The notes under the pieces: model-generated
Seen by the model: only the letters and a program-made list of their open reading frames with translations
Told to the model about the DNA's origin: nothing
Databases searched by the model: none
Part shown: positions 52,752 to 62,361 of the stretch, piece after piece
Layout: the number at the start of each line of letters is the position of its first letter
How positions within the stretch are numbered: the stretch's first letter is position 1
Translations under genes and position numbers: made by a program
Source of the DNA: Candidatus Magasanikiibacteriota bacterium
GTDB lineage: Bacteria; Patescibacteriota; Patescibacteriia; Magasanikbacterales; GWA2-37-8
Length of the DNA stretch: 64,000 nt
Reading direction: 5' to 3'
NCBI GenBank assembly: GCA_963802255.1
Contig: CAWDHY010000001.1
Coordinates: 171,842 to 235,841, forward strand

Positions 52752-53504
52752 ATGAATGAGCCATTGGCAGTAAAAAAGCACTGGTATTCAAGTTGGTGGG
52801 GCATTGCTCTATTGGCATTTCTTTGTGTTTTATTTGCCGCCATCATCGCTATGGTAGTTTTAGCTTTCAACTATTGGCAAGCGCTAAAATCAGGGCAGGG
52901 AGAAATGTTGGCACAAAAATTTGCCCGGCAAAATTCTTTGGTGCAGGCCGAAGATCCGAAAATTTTGGAGGCGAGAAAAATATTGGAGACAACCGACGAC
53001 CCCTATTTAGGCAACCAAAATGCAGATTTAGTAATTGTAGAGTTTATGGATTTTAAATGTCCGGTTTGTTTGGCGCAGGCACCAGAAATCATACGGTTGA
53101 TAGGAAAATATGGTTATAAAATAAAAGTTATTATCCGCGATTTTCCCATGGAATCTGTTCACCCCGGAACGGTGCGATTGGCGGAAATTGCATCCTGTGC
53201 CAATGAGCAGGGCGCGTACTGGAGTTTTTCCGATTATTTTTTTGCCAACCAGGAAACGCTCGGCACGGAAATGCCAATGGCGACCGTTGAATTGTTGTGT
53301 GATGAATTTGGACTAGATAAAACAAAAATTAAAGATTGCCTGGAAGCGGGTAGAGGCCGGACTGAAGTGAACGCCGATTATTCTGATGCGTACAGAAGCG
53401 GAGTTAGCCGTGGCACGCCGACATACTTTGTCAACGGACGGATTTTGGAAGGGGCGGTGTCGTTTGAAAATTGGGAGAAATTATTTAATGATATAAAATT
53501 ATAA
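52752..53504 (+). CDS. DsbA-family thiol:disulfide oxidoreductase (thioredoxin fold), membrane-anchored
   Basis: 250 aa. N-terminal TM. Active site FKCPVCL (CxxC) followed by a DsbA-like helical insert. Confidence 0.7.
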   Translation: MNEPLAVKKHWYSSWWGIALLAFLCVLFAAIIAMVVLAFNYWQALKSGQGEMLAQKFARQNSLVQAEDPKILEARKILETTDDPYLGNQNADLVIVEFMDFKCPVCLAQAPEIIRLIGKYGYKIKVIIRDFPMESVHPGTVRLAEIASCANEQGAYWSFSDYFFANQETLGTEMPMATVELLCDEFGLDKTKIKDCLEAGRGRTEVNADYSDAYRSGVSRGTPTYFVNGRILEGAVSFENWEKLFNDIKL

Positions 53505-53517
53505 ATTTTGCGGTTAT

Positions 53518-53655
53518 ATGCAAATTATCAAAAAAATTATTGTATCATTGGTTATTGGTTTTATATTTGCGCCGATGTTTTTTGCGAATGTCTTCGCGGC
53601 CGATGATGTCAAGCCGGAATTTAATCCGACTTTGCTGGGAAGAGAAAGCCTGTAA
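53518..53655 (+). CDS. small signal-peptide ORF (45 aa), possibly the frameshifted N-terminus of the downstream gene
   Basis: MQIIKKIIVSLVIGFIFAPMFFANVFAADD.. is a classical signal peptide. Its frame differs from the downstream large ORF, which lacks a signal peptide of its own. Confidence 0.25.
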   Translation: MQIIKKIIVSLVIGFIFAPMFFANVFAADDVKPEFNPTLLGRESL

Positions 53656-53671
53656 TGAGAAACGAATTGAA

Positions 53672-55012
53672 ATGGGGACCGGTACGGGAGCGCCTTCAGA
53701 GGGCGGGTGGTTGGAAAGAGAAGGTGAGTGCGATAAGATGGGCTGGGGCAAATGCTTACCGATTGGTGTGACAAAAACGGAAATTTCTTTTGGCGGAAAA
53801 AACGAATTTTACAATATCGGCGAGTTTATAAAGAATATTTATAACTATTCTTTAATTGCGATTCAGATTCTGGCGGTGGTGGTGATTATTATTGCCGGCG
53901 CACAATGGGCCTCTTCAGCCGGCAATGCGGAAACAATCGGCAAGGCAAAGAAACGCATTGTCGGAGCGGTGATTGGTATGACGATAGCATTAATGTCATA
54001 TGTTATAATGAACACCATTAATCCGGCAACGGTTAAATTCCGCCTGCCTCAGGTATATATGATACGCGAGCAAGTATTGCCGTCAAAATGGTGCCGTGAG
54101 ATGTCACCGGAAACTCTTTTTGCGTATGCGATTGATGGTCAGCATCAAAGCGATAAGATTGAAGCAACGGGCAAGGAGACAGGCCTCGTAAGTTATGCGA
54201 ATTCTAAGCCGACGTCATTCTGGTGTGGACAGAGATTTTTTATTGGAGGTGGCATGCCAGAGCAATTTTGTTGGGGAGATAGGTGCGCGAAGGGACAAAT
54301 ATGTACCGATATTGATCGGACTGAAGAAAAAAATCCTTACATGTGTCGGAAGGGGTCTCTTGGTGGAACGATATTCGCCGGAGGTGACGTGTCTACTGAT
54401 TCGATAATAGAAGATGAGGATGATGCTTGGGTAATTTTAGCATGTAAAAATGGTAAGGGTATAGAAGTGGCCGATAAACCGCAAACCACGATTAATGAGG
54501 ATAGGGGAGAACTGGGTTACATGTTTGCTATCAGTGATGAAGATATTGATGACGCTATACAAGAGTGTGGCGGTGAGGCACAGACCTATGGTTTTGTAAT
54601 AGCCATGGATTTTAGCGTAAATAATGTATCGTTTCTTTATGAAGCTCATTTGATTGGTGATGGGGGCAAAGATGTCGGCTATATTGAATATTCTGATGGT
54701 TTTTTTGCAGGTATGAAGCAAGATACCTTTATTCCAATCTCTGCCGTGCGAACCGGGAAAAAAATTGATGTTCAGGGGAAAAATATCAAAATGTGCTCGA
54801 CCGCCTCTTATCTCATCAGTGGGACAGTTGATCATTTAGGTGCGGTATGGAAGTTAATACCCGGAACATCTGGTAGTGGGGTAGATGCGCTAAGTGCGAA
54901 CTCGGATAAAAATATAAAATATATTTATAATTGTATTTTTTCCAATTACTTAGAATATTATGAGCCTGCGATACAGGCAAAATTAAAAGCTTTCGTGGAC
55001 TCTTTGAAATAG
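53672..55012 (+). CDS. membrane-hairpin protein with Cys-rich extracytoplasmic domain
   Basis: Start uncertain: ORF is open from 53540, with ATGs at 53672 and 53738. Two hydrophobic helices separated by GKAKKR (IAIQILAVVVIIIAGAQWASSAGNAETIGKAKKRIVGAVIGMTIALMSYVIM) are reminiscent of VirB2/TrbC-type pilins. Followed by ~330 aa with more than 12 Cys. Confidence 0.5.
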   Translation: MGTGTGAPSEGGWLEREGECDKMGWGKCLPIGVTKTEISFGGKNEFYNIGEFIKNIYNYSLIAIQILAVVVIIIAGAQWASSAGNAETIGKAKKRIVGAVIGMTIALMSYVIMNTINPATVKFRLPQVYMIREQVLPSKWCREMSPETLFAYAIDGQHQSDKIEATGKETGLVSYANSKPTSFWCGQRFFIGGGMPEQFCWGDRCAKGQICTDIDRTEEKNPYMCRKGSLGGTIFAGGDVSTDSIIEDEDDAWVILACKNGKGIEVADKPQTTINEDRGELGYMFAISDEDIDDAIQECGGEAQTYGFVIAMDFSVNNVSFLYEAHLIGDGGKDVGYIEYSDGFFAGMKQDTFIPISAVRTGKKIDVQGKNIKMCSTASYLISGTVDHLGAVWKLIPGTSGSGVDALSANSDKNIKYIYNCIFSNYLEYYEPAIQAKLKAFVDSLK

Positions 55013-55145
55013 GCTGTAGCAAATAATTAATTTGGGAAGCACGTGAGTCCCTCTTGACCATATTAAAAAATAGTGTTAGGATTGGTTGTCAAATAATTCG
55101 TTCAATGCGGGTAAAATCGCAGGAGCGACAATCTTCCTTATCACT

Positions 55146-57944
55146 ATGCCTGAAAAAATCATCATCAAAGGGGCCAGAGTTCATAATTTGAAGAACATTA
55201 ATGTTGAGATCCCGAAGAATAAGTTCGTTGTTGTAACCGGTCTTTCCGGTTCGGGAAAATCATCTCTCGCGTTCGACACAATTTATGCCGAAGGACAGCG
55301 CCGGTACGCCGAATCTCTTTCTTCGTTCGCCCGCCAGTTTATGGAAGTGCGCGATAAGCCTGATGTTGATTCCATAGACGGGCTATCACCGACCATTGCC
55401 ATTGATCAGCGTGCTTCTACTCAAAACCCCCGTTCTACTGTCGGTACTGTTACGGAAGTATACGATTACCTGAGGTTGCTGTTTGCCCGCACTGGTGAAC
55501 AGTTTTGCCCGGACTGCGGAATGAAAGTGACTATTTTCACAGCCGGTGAAATAGCCGAAAAAGTGCGTGAACACGCCCGCAAAGGCGGTGTTTTTATTAT
55601 GTCTCCATTGGTCCGCAATCAGACGGTTGACCCAAAAGTGATAATTGAAGAAGTGGAACAATCGGGTTTAGACACGGTTTGGATTGATGGTGAGTTTATA
55701 AAAATAAATGATTTGGTTAATTACGATTTCAAGCCAAAAACAAAATACAATATCAGCCTGTTGGTGACAAAGATTGATGACATAAAAAAACAGGACCCGA
55801 TGAAACCGGTGGAAACTGCAATTGATTTGAGCAATGGTTTGGTGGACCTGTTGTATAACGGCACTCCGGAAACGCTTTCTACGTTCGGTCTCTGCCCGTC
55901 TTGCGGAAAAATGATGCCGGCGCCTGATATCCGTAATTTTTCTTTTAATAGCCCTTTGGGTGCATGCCCACGCTGTACCGGTTTGGGCATCACGATGGAA
56001 GTAGACCCGGATTTAATAATTCCAAATCCGAGGCTTACTTTGGCGGAAGGAGCAATACAACCATGGACAAGAATTACCGGTAATCAGGCGTGGTATCAAA
56101 AAATTCTTGGAGCGGTCGCCGGCCGTCATGGTTTTTCTTTGGACACGCCGGTTGCTGAATTTCCAAAAACAGTTATTGATATTATTTTAAAAGGGACAGG
56201 TGCCGACATCTATGAAATTGAAGGCAAAAAAGTCGTGTTTCCAGGCGTGATGGAAGATTTGCGGGCCCGTCATCTTGCCACTGATTCTGAATATGTGCGA
56301 AAAGAGATTGAACAGTATATGCGCGAGCAGGTTTGTTCTCTTTGCCACGGCAAGCGTTTAAAAGCGGAGTCATTGGCAGTCAAAGTAAAGGGCTTGAATA
56401 TCGCTGAAGCCGCCGCCTTGAATATTGAAGAAAGTATTTTATTTTTTAAGAATATAAACGGAAAAGACAAGAAAGAAACCCGCTCGGTAGTGCTTACTCC
56501 TATAGTAAAGGAGATTTCCGCCCGTTTGGAAAATTTAGCCAGGGTCGGCCTGGACTATTTGAGTATTGATCGCGCCATGAACACTCTTTCCGGCGGAGAA
56601 GTTACGAGAGTGCGCCTTTCAACTCAACTTTCTTCCGGTCTCACCGGTGTAGTGTACATTTTGGATGAACCATCAGTTGGCCTGCATCAACGGGATATTA
56701 AAAAATTGATTGATACATTGAAATTTTTGCGTGATTTGGGGAACACAGTAATTGTCGTGGAACATGATGCGATGATAATGAATGCCGCCGATTATTTAAT
56801 TGACGTGGGGCCTGGCGCCGGAGTTTATGGCGGACAGATAATGGCAAAAGGAACGCTGGCGGAAATTAAAAAAGCGAAAAATTCTTTAACCGGAGATTAT
56901 TTGGCGGGAAGAATAAAAATTACCCGTAATTTGACGAGGCAAAAAACCGACAAGATCGGTAAAAAAATACGGATTGTCGGTGCTAAAGCGTTTAACCTGA
57001 AAAACATAACGGTAGATATCCCGCTGGGAAAATTATTGTGCGTCACAGGTGTTTCCGGCTCCGGAAAATCCACTCTGATTGTGGAAATTTTAAGCAAAGC
57101 GCTGTCAAAACACTTTTTCAGAAGTAAAGAGGAGCCGGGAGAACATAAGGCGATTGAAGGGCTAAATAATATTGATAAAGTTATTGCGATTGACCAGACA
57201 CCGATTGGCCGCACTCCGCGTTCTAATCCGGCCACATATACCGGTGCTTTTACTTTGATTCGCGATTTATTTGCCGCAATCCCCGAAGCTAAGATGCGCC
57301 GGTTTGATGCGGGAAAATTCAGTTTCAATGTTAAAGGCGGAGGCCGGTGCGAGGCCTGTGCCGGCGAAGGCTATGTGCGTATTCCCATGCAATTTTTGGC
57401 CGATGTTTTTGTCGTGTGCAACGAATGCAATGGTTCGCGCTATAATCAGGAGGCACTGGAAATCCATTATCGTGGGAAAAACATCGCCGATGTGTTAAAC
57501 ATGACTGTAGAAGAAGCTTTTAAATTTTTTGTCGGTGAAAAACAGATTGCGCAAAAATTGAATGTATTGCGTGATGTCGGATTGGGTTATTTGCGTCTGG
57601 GGCAGCCGGCTACCACTCTTTCGGGCGGAGAAGCTCAACGCATTAAGCTTGCCACCGAACTTTCACGCGCTTCAACCGGCTCAACTTTATACATACTTGA
57701 TGAACCCACCACCGGCCTTCATTTTGAAGATACCAGCAGATTATTGCAGGTGCTTGAACAACTGGTGAATAAGGGTAACACTGTTTTGATTATTGAACAT
57801 AATATTGATGTAATAAAAAATTGTGATTGGATTATTGAATTGGGACCCGATGGAGGAAAACGCGGTGGTGAATTGGTGGCTACAGGTCCGCTTGAAAAGA
57901 TAATGAAAACAAAAAATAGCTGGACGGCAAAATATTTACGATAA
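55146..57944 (+). CDS. uvrA: excinuclease ABC subunit A
   Basis: Start at [18 protein letters not shown]. Two ABC modules ([10 protein letters not shown] and [10 protein letters not shown] Walker A; LSGGE signature x2). Zinc-finger Cys pairs CPDC, CPSC..CPRC, CEAC, CNEC. Confidence 0.95.
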   Translation: MPEKIIIKGARVHNLKNINVEIPKNKFVVVTGLSGSGKSSLAFDTIYAEGQRRYAESLSSFARQFMEVRDKPDVDSIDGLSPTIAIDQRASTQNPRSTVGTVTEVYDYLRLLFARTGEQFCPDCGMKVTIFTAGEIAEKVREHARKGGVFIMSPLVRNQTVDPKVIIEEVEQSGLDTVWIDGEFIKINDLVNYDFKPKTKYNISLLVTKIDDIKKQDPMKPVETAIDLSNGLVDLLYNGTPETLSTFGLCPSCGKMMPAPDIRNFSFNSPLGACPRCTGLGITMEVDPDLIIPNPRLTLAEGAIQPWTRITGNQAWYQKILGAVAGRHGFSLDTPVAEFPKTVIDIILKGTGADIYEIEGKKVVFPGVMEDLRARHLATDSEYVRKEIEQYMREQVCSLCHGKRLKAESLAVKVKGLNIAEAAALNIEESILFFKNINGKDKKETRSVVLTPIVKEISARLENLARVGLDYLSIDRAMNTLSGGEVTRVRLSTQLSSGLTGVVYILDEPSVGLHQRDIKKLIDTLKFLRDLGNTVIVVEHDAMIMNAADYLIDVGPGAGVYGGQIMAKGTLAEIKKAKNSLTGDYLAGRIKITRNLTRQKTDKIGKKIRIVGAKAFNLKNITVDIPLGKLLCVTGVSGSGKSTLIVEILSKALSKHFFRSKEEPGEHKAIEGLNNIDKVIAIDQTPIGRTPRSNPATYTGAFTLIRDLFAAIPEAKMRRFDAGKFSFNVKGGGRCEACAGEGYVRIPMQFLADVFVVCNECNGSRYNQEALEIHYRGKNIADVLNMTVEEAFKFFVGEKQIAQKLNVLRDVGLGYLRLGQPATTLSGGEAQRIKLATELSRASTGSTLYILDEPTTGLHFEDTSRLLQVLEQLVNKGNTVLIIEHNIDVIKNCDWIIELGPDGGKRGGELVATGPLEKIMKTKNSWTAKYLR

Positions 57945-57960
57945 ACATACGGAGGAATAA

Positions 57961-57988
57961 AAAAATCCGCTTGTTAGCGGATTTTTTT
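57961..57988. terminator. Rho-independent terminator (bidirectional, uvrA / rplS)
   Basis: aatccgc-ttgtta-gcggatt followed by ttttttt. Confidence 0.6.
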
Positions 57989-57989
57989 A

Positions 57990-58316
57990 TTATTTTTTAT
58001 CTTTCATTTTTCTCTTAAATTTCGGATCCCGCAGATAATGAAGTTTTGCCCGGCGGGTCGCCAGTTCGCGCACTATTTCAATTTGCGCCACAACCGGAGA
58101 ATAAATTGGAAATATCTTCTCCACGCCTATACCACCCGAGATTTTACGGACCGTGATGGTTGCACCGGCTTCGGCGCCGTGCCTTGTGGCGATTATTGTG
58201 CCTTCATAAACCTGTATGCGCTCTTTTTCTTCACCTTTGGTATTGAGTTCTTTGATTTTTTGGTGAACTCGCACTACCATGCCCGGCTTATAGACAGTAG
58301 TTTGTGTTTCAGTCAT
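57990..58316 (-). CDS. rplS: 50S ribosomal protein L19
   Basis: 108 aa. [56 protein letters not shown].. matches the L19 family throughout. Confidence 0.9.
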   Translation of the reverse strand: MTETQTTVYKPGMVVRVHQKIKELNTKGEEKERIQVYEGTIIATRHGAEAGATITVRKISGGIGVEKIFPIYSPVVAQIEIVRELATRRAKLHYLRDPKFKRKMKDKK

Positions 58317-58349
58317 ACAAAAGAATGTTATATTTTTAGTGTGCTTATA

Positions 58350-58937
58350 TTAGCTCAATTTATCATTAATGTCAAGACCAATGTGATCGGATATGATTTT
58401 TGCGACATTAGACACGGTTTCATCCAATTTTCCTTGAAAATTAACAATTTTGTAGTCGTAAATATCCGATTCAGCGATTTCTTTTTTTGCCGTTTCCAGA
58501 CGTTTCGCGATTATCTCATCGGTTAGGCCTCCGCGCGATATTATACGCTGTTTTAATATTTCCAAGCTTTCCGGAAGTAAAAAAATGGAAATATTGATCC
58601 AACCGTCTTTGTCAAAATTTTTCTTTCCGTTTATTTCTATATTGGAGAAAACAATTTTATGATTATCTAAAAGTTCATTTAGGCGCGCTTTTTCAGTGCC
58701 ATAATAGTTATCCGCATATTCATTATATTCGATCAATTCATTGTTTTTAATCATTATTTCAAATTCTTCGCGGGTGACATAATGATAATCAATGCCATTT
58801 TTTTCTCCAGGGCGCATCGGCCGGGTCGTTGTGGTTAAATATCGGACGGCATCAGGTAAAATTTCGATTAATCCGCGGATGACAGAATCTTTGCCTCCAC
58901 CGGAAGGTGAAGAAATAATAACAAGCTGACCTTTCAT
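58350..58937 (-). CDS. gmk: guanylate kinase
   Basis: 195 aa. P-loop SSPSGGGKDS, TTTRPMRPGEKNGIDYHYV, NYYGT motifs. Confidence 0.85.
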   Translation of the reverse strand: MKGQLVIISSPSGGGKDSVIRGLIEILPDAVRYLTTTTRPMRPGEKNGIDYHYVTREEFEIMIKNNELIEYNEYADNYYGTEKARLNELLDNHKIVFSNIEINGKKNFDKDGWINISIFLLPESLEILKQRIISRGGLTDEIIAKRLETAKKEIAESDIYDYKIVNFQGKLDETVSNVAKIISDHIGLDINDKLS

Positions 58938-58938
58938 A

Positions 58939-59904
58939 TTATCTAAGTAAGAGTAAAAAATTTGATAGCTTTTTAGGCATTACTGATTCGTATTCCACAT
59001 CATCGCCTTTTAGATTACTAAACCCCAGTTTTGCACTGTGCAGAAATAGCCGTCCGCATTTTTCATCCCAGACGCGTTTTCGTTTTTTTTGAAAATAAAG
59101 AGGATCGCCGACAACGGGGTGATTGTAGGCGAGCATATGAACGCGAATTTGGTGCATTCGTCCGGTATGAATTTTAACCTGAAGCAAAGTAAAATTAATA
59201 AACCGTTTTTCCACAAAAAATTCCGTTTTGGCCTCTTTTCCATCCTCAGTCGGCCTTCCCCGGACTGTTTCCGGTATTGCCGCCATTTTATCCGCTGTTT
59301 CCGAACGGCTGATTGGAAAGTTTATCTCGTCCCAGTCTTTTGCTACTTTGCCGTGCACCAGTACAATATATTCCTTGTTAATTGTTCTGTTCTTAAATTG
59401 ATTTTTTAGTAAATCAAACATTTTTTGTGTGCGGGCGATTACCATGAGACCGGATGCTTCCTTGTCTAAACGATGAACAATACCCGGGCGGGCAGGGTCA
59501 TCTCCGACTTTTTTTATTGAGGGGTATTTTTTAACAATCCAGCCGGCGAGTGAATTTTTTTCTTTTGCTTCCGTGGGGTGAGTCAGAATTCCCGCAGGTT
59601 TGTTTACGATAATATAATCTGGGGTCACGGCCACTATTTCCGGTTCGGTAAAATTTTCCTCGCCAGTTTTAATTTTAATTTTTGGCGTTTCTGATATTTT
59701 TTTGACAGCAGTAATTGTAATATGGTGCCCCTCCCTGAGTTTTTCTCCATATTTTTTCGGCGCATTTCCGTCAACTTCTATCTGTTTGTTATCAATCATT
59801 TTTTGTACTTGTGAGCGGGTGATGCCGAGTTTATCGCATAAAAAAACATCAAGCCGCTGACCGGCAGATGTTTCATTGATAATAATTTTTTTTGGATTTG
59901 GCAT
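58939..59904 (-). CDS. RluA-family 23S rRNA pseudouridine synthase (RluD-like, with S4 domain)
   Basis: N-terminal S4 RNA-binding segment (RLDVFLCDKLGITRSQVQKMIDNKQIEVDG) and catalytic motif HRLDKEASGLMVIART. Start placed at MPNPKK (59904), because the 13-codon extension in the ORF track overlaps the tRNA at 59910-59982. Confidence 0.85.
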   Translation of the reverse strand: MPNPKKIIINETSAGQRLDVFLCDKLGITRSQVQKMIDNKQIEVDGNAPKKYGEKLREGHHITITAVKKISETPKIKIKTGEENFTEPEIVAVTPDYIIVNKPAGILTHPTEAKEKNSLAGWIVKKYPSIKKVGDDPARPGIVHRLDKEASGLMVIARTQKMFDLLKNQFKNRTINKEYIVLVHGKVAKDWDEINFPISRSETADKMAAIPETVRGRPTEDGKEAKTEFFVEKRFINFTLLQVKIHTGRMHQIRVHMLAYNHPVVGDPLYFQKKRKRVWDEKCGRLFLHSAKLGFSNLKGDDVEYESVMPKKLSNFLLLLR

Positions 59905-59909
59905 AATTG

Positions 59910-59982
59910 TGCGCCTGGATGGATTTGAACCATCGACTTCCACCTTATAAGGGTGGCACTCTAACCGCTGAGTTACAGGCGC
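59910..59982 (-). tRNA. tRNA-Ile (anticodon UAU)
   Basis: Minus-strand sequence GCGCCUG-UA-ACUC-AGCGGUUA-GAGU-G-CCACC-CUUAUAA-GGUGG-AAGUC-GAUGG-UUCAAAU-CCAUC-CAGGCGC-A. 73 nt, canonical cloverleaf, U33 and A37 present, anticodon U34-A35-U36. CCA not encoded. Confidence 0.8.
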
Positions 59983-60112
59983 GTATAATAAATTTTAATT
60001 GTTCACTTCCACCTTAACCGCCTTCATCACGCTTCGCGTTTATTCGGCGGATAAATCACGTCACTCAATTAAAATGAAAATAAATTTTCATTTTTCTTTC
60101 GCTAGCGATTTG

Positions 60113-60153
60113 AAGGGTGGCACTCTAACCGCTGAGTTACAGGCGCGTATAAT
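60113..60153 (-). pseudogene. truncated duplicate of the 5' half of tRNA-Ile(UAU) plus its upstream -10-like box
   Basis: 41-bp exact direct repeat of 59949-59989 (acceptor 5' strand, D-arm, 5' anticodon stem). After CCACCCUU the sequence diverges. A degenerate echo of the 3' half (AAGGUGGAAGUGAAC) lies ~100 nt downstream. Confidence 0.5.
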
Positions 60154-60243
60154 GGCCGTATAATAGCATTTTTTCATCATTTTTGCAAGATCATATTAAA
60201 GGTTGTCAAACATTATAAATACTGATAAAATAGGCTCAACTTT

Positions 60244-60771
60244 ATGCGAGATTACAATAGAATCATATTTGATACAATTAATTCCTGGCAGGGCAAGAAT
60301 CGGTGGCTGGACGCGTTTGGACGGGCGGGGGCTGAATGGGTGATTGTTGCCATGTGCGGCTGGTTTATTGTTTCAGGAATTATAATTTGCTGGCCGGATT
60401 GGCGGTCTGTTTTTGCACCTTTAGTAACTTTTGTTGCTTCATGGGCTTTTGCCTGGTGCGTCAGCATTGGCATCGGTTTTATCGTTGACGAACCGAGGCC
60501 TAATATTACTGAACCGCAAAGCAAACAACTTTTCAAACCTTCAATGAGCTGGAAATCATTTCCTTCCGACCACTCCATGTCCGCGTTTTTATTATTTTTT
60601 GTAGCCCTGATTTTTGGTTTACCTGGTGCCTGGGCATTGCTTGTTCTAGCCATTTGGGTTGTCTTTGGCCGCTTATATTCCGGCGTACATTATCCGGTTG
60701 ATATTATCGGCGGACTACTTCTGGCCGCCGCAGTGTCTATTTGGGTGAAATATCTTATGCTTTTTTTGTAA
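60244..60771 (+). CDS. PAP2-superfamily phosphatase (undecaprenyl-diphosphatase / phosphatidic-acid-phosphatase-like)
   Basis: 175 aa, about 5 TM. Signature motifs: PRPN, PSDHS, GRLYSGVHYPVD (SRxxxxxHxxxD pattern). Confidence 0.7.
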   Translation: MRDYNRIIFDTINSWQGKNRWLDAFGRAGAEWVIVAMCGWFIVSGIIICWPDWRSVFAPLVTFVASWAFAWCVSIGIGFIVDEPRPNITEPQSKQLFKPSMSWKSFPSDHSMSAFLLFFVALIFGLPGAWALLVLAIWVVFGRLYSGVHYPVDIIGGLLLAAAVSIWVKYLMLFL

Positions 60772-60772
60772 T

Positions 60773-61471
60773 ATGAATGCCATTATTCTTTGTGGCGGAT
60801 TATCAACGCGTTTGGGCGATATCGCAAAATCAACCCCGAAAATATTATTGGAAATTAAGGGCCGGACGGTCTTAGATTGGCAGTTGGAAAAATTATATAA
60901 ATTGGGTGTCAAAGAAATTGTTTTAGCAGCCGGCCATTTGGCCGATACGTTGCGCGAGAATGTGGGCGTGGAAAGAAATGGGGTAAAAATTATTTATGCG
61001 ATTGAACCAAAAAGACTCGGAACCGGCGGGGCCATAAAATTTGCGTGGGAACATCTGCCGGATAATAACGAATCAACAATTATTCTTAATGGGGATATTT
61101 TATCGTTAGCCGATTTGAAAACAATGTCTGGTCGCTTACGTCCGGAGAGCGGGGGAATACTGCTTGGCGCGCGCGTCGAGGACGCTTCAACCTACGGAAC
61201 ACTGATTTTCAACGGACAAAATCGTTTGCAGGAATTTAAAGAAAAAGAAGGGCTGTCTCAGCCCGGGTATATTAACGGCGGCATATACCTGTTTACAAAT
61301 AATATTAAGAAATATTTTCCGGATAATGATGTTTTTAGTATTGAGTATGACGTTTTTGATAAAATTAAGGACCATGCGATAGATTTGGATGTTCATTTAT
61401 CGGATGAACCGTGGGTGGATATTGGCGTGCCTGAACGGTTGAATTGGGCGCGTGAAAATTGGCGGGAATAA
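60773..61471 (+). CDS. sugar-phosphate nucleotidyltransferase
   Basis: 232 aa. N-terminal AIILCGGLSTRLGDIAKSTPKILLEI (the G-x-G-T-R-L..K nucleotidyltransferase motif). Confidence 0.75.
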   Translation: MNAIILCGGLSTRLGDIAKSTPKILLEIKGRTVLDWQLEKLYKLGVKEIVLAAGHLADTLRENVGVERNGVKIIYAIEPKRLGTGGAIKFAWEHLPDNNESTIILNGDILSLADLKTMSGRLRPESGGILLGARVEDASTYGTLIFNGQNRLQEFKEKEGLSQPGYINGGIYLFTNNIKKYFPDNDVFSIEYDVFDKIKDHAIDLDVHLSDEPWVDIGVPERLNWARENWRE

Positions 61472-61474
61472 AAT

Positions 61475-62341
61475 ATGACAGTACACGCGAAATTAAATTG
61501 TATTTTTCTTTTGCTGATTGTTGGCACGGCATTTGGCGGTTTTTTGTATTATAAAAAAACTCATCCGCCATATGTGCCACCGGTGATTGAGCCGAGAAAA
61601 GAAATTAATATCACTATCATTCCAGGGTGGAATTTACGTCAGATTGCAGGCGATTGGGCTGAAAAAGGGATAATTAAGAATGAAAATGAATTGTACGCGA
61701 TACTTGGAGAGCCGGCTAAAAATTATAAAGCTGAAAAAGAAATTGCTCCGCACCTCGCACTTGCCGATGATGTGACATGGTCCGAATTATTTGCCGATAA
61801 ACCTTCAAATGTTTCCTATGAAGGATATTTACTTCCGGATACTTATCGTGTTTATGCCGATGCTAAACCTGAAGACGTTTTGAAAAAAATATTTGCCAAT
61901 TTAAATGAAAAAATTACTCCGGAAATGCGCGACGAGATAAAACGTCAGAAAAAAACCATTTATGAAATATTAACAATGGCATCGGTTGTTGAAAAAGAAG
62001 CGCCGACAAAAAATGATATGGCTATGGTGGCTGATATTTTTTGGCGCCGTTACAATAACAATTGGGCGCTTCAATCTTGCGCGACTGTAAATTATATCAC
62101 TGCGAAAAATGACCCGGGCGTGACCAATGAAGATAAAGAAACCGACTCTCTTTTTAATACTTATAAATATCCCGGATTGCCTCTTGGTGCTATCAGTAAT
62201 CCGGGAATTCCCGCTATTATGTCGGCTATTACTCCGAGTAAGAATAATTATTGGTATTTTATGAGCGACCGGGATGGGGTGACACACTACGCGAAGACGT
62301 TGGATGAACATAATGTCAATGTCTACAGATATTTAAAATAA
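61475..62341 (+). CDS. mltG: endolytic murein transglycosylase MltG (YceG family)
   Basis: 288 aa. N-terminal TM. YceG signature segments GYLLPDTY, ASVVEKEA, LQSCATVNYI, NTYKYPGLPLGAISNPG. Confidence 0.85.
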   Translation: MTVHAKLNCIFLLLIVGTAFGGFLYYKKTHPPYVPPVIEPRKEINITIIPGWNLRQIAGDWAEKGIIKNENELYAILGEPAKNYKAEKEIAPHLALADDVTWSELFADKPSNVSYEGYLLPDTYRVYADAKPEDVLKKIFANLNEKITPEMRDEIKRQKKTIYEILTMASVVEKEAPTKNDMAMVADIFWRRYNNNWALQSCATVNYITAKNDPGVTNEDKETDSLFNTYKYPGLPLGAISNPGIPAIMSAITPSKNNYWYFMSDRDGVTHYAKTLDEHNVNVYRYLK

Positions 62342-62361
62342 TCTTCATTGGAAATATTTTT

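Noticed and set aside
59905-59943. 13-codon N-terminal extension of the RluA-family ORF (MEVDGSNPSRRTI) in the ORF track
   Set aside because: It overlaps the tRNA-Ile gene on the same strand. The start was moved to the next Met (59904).
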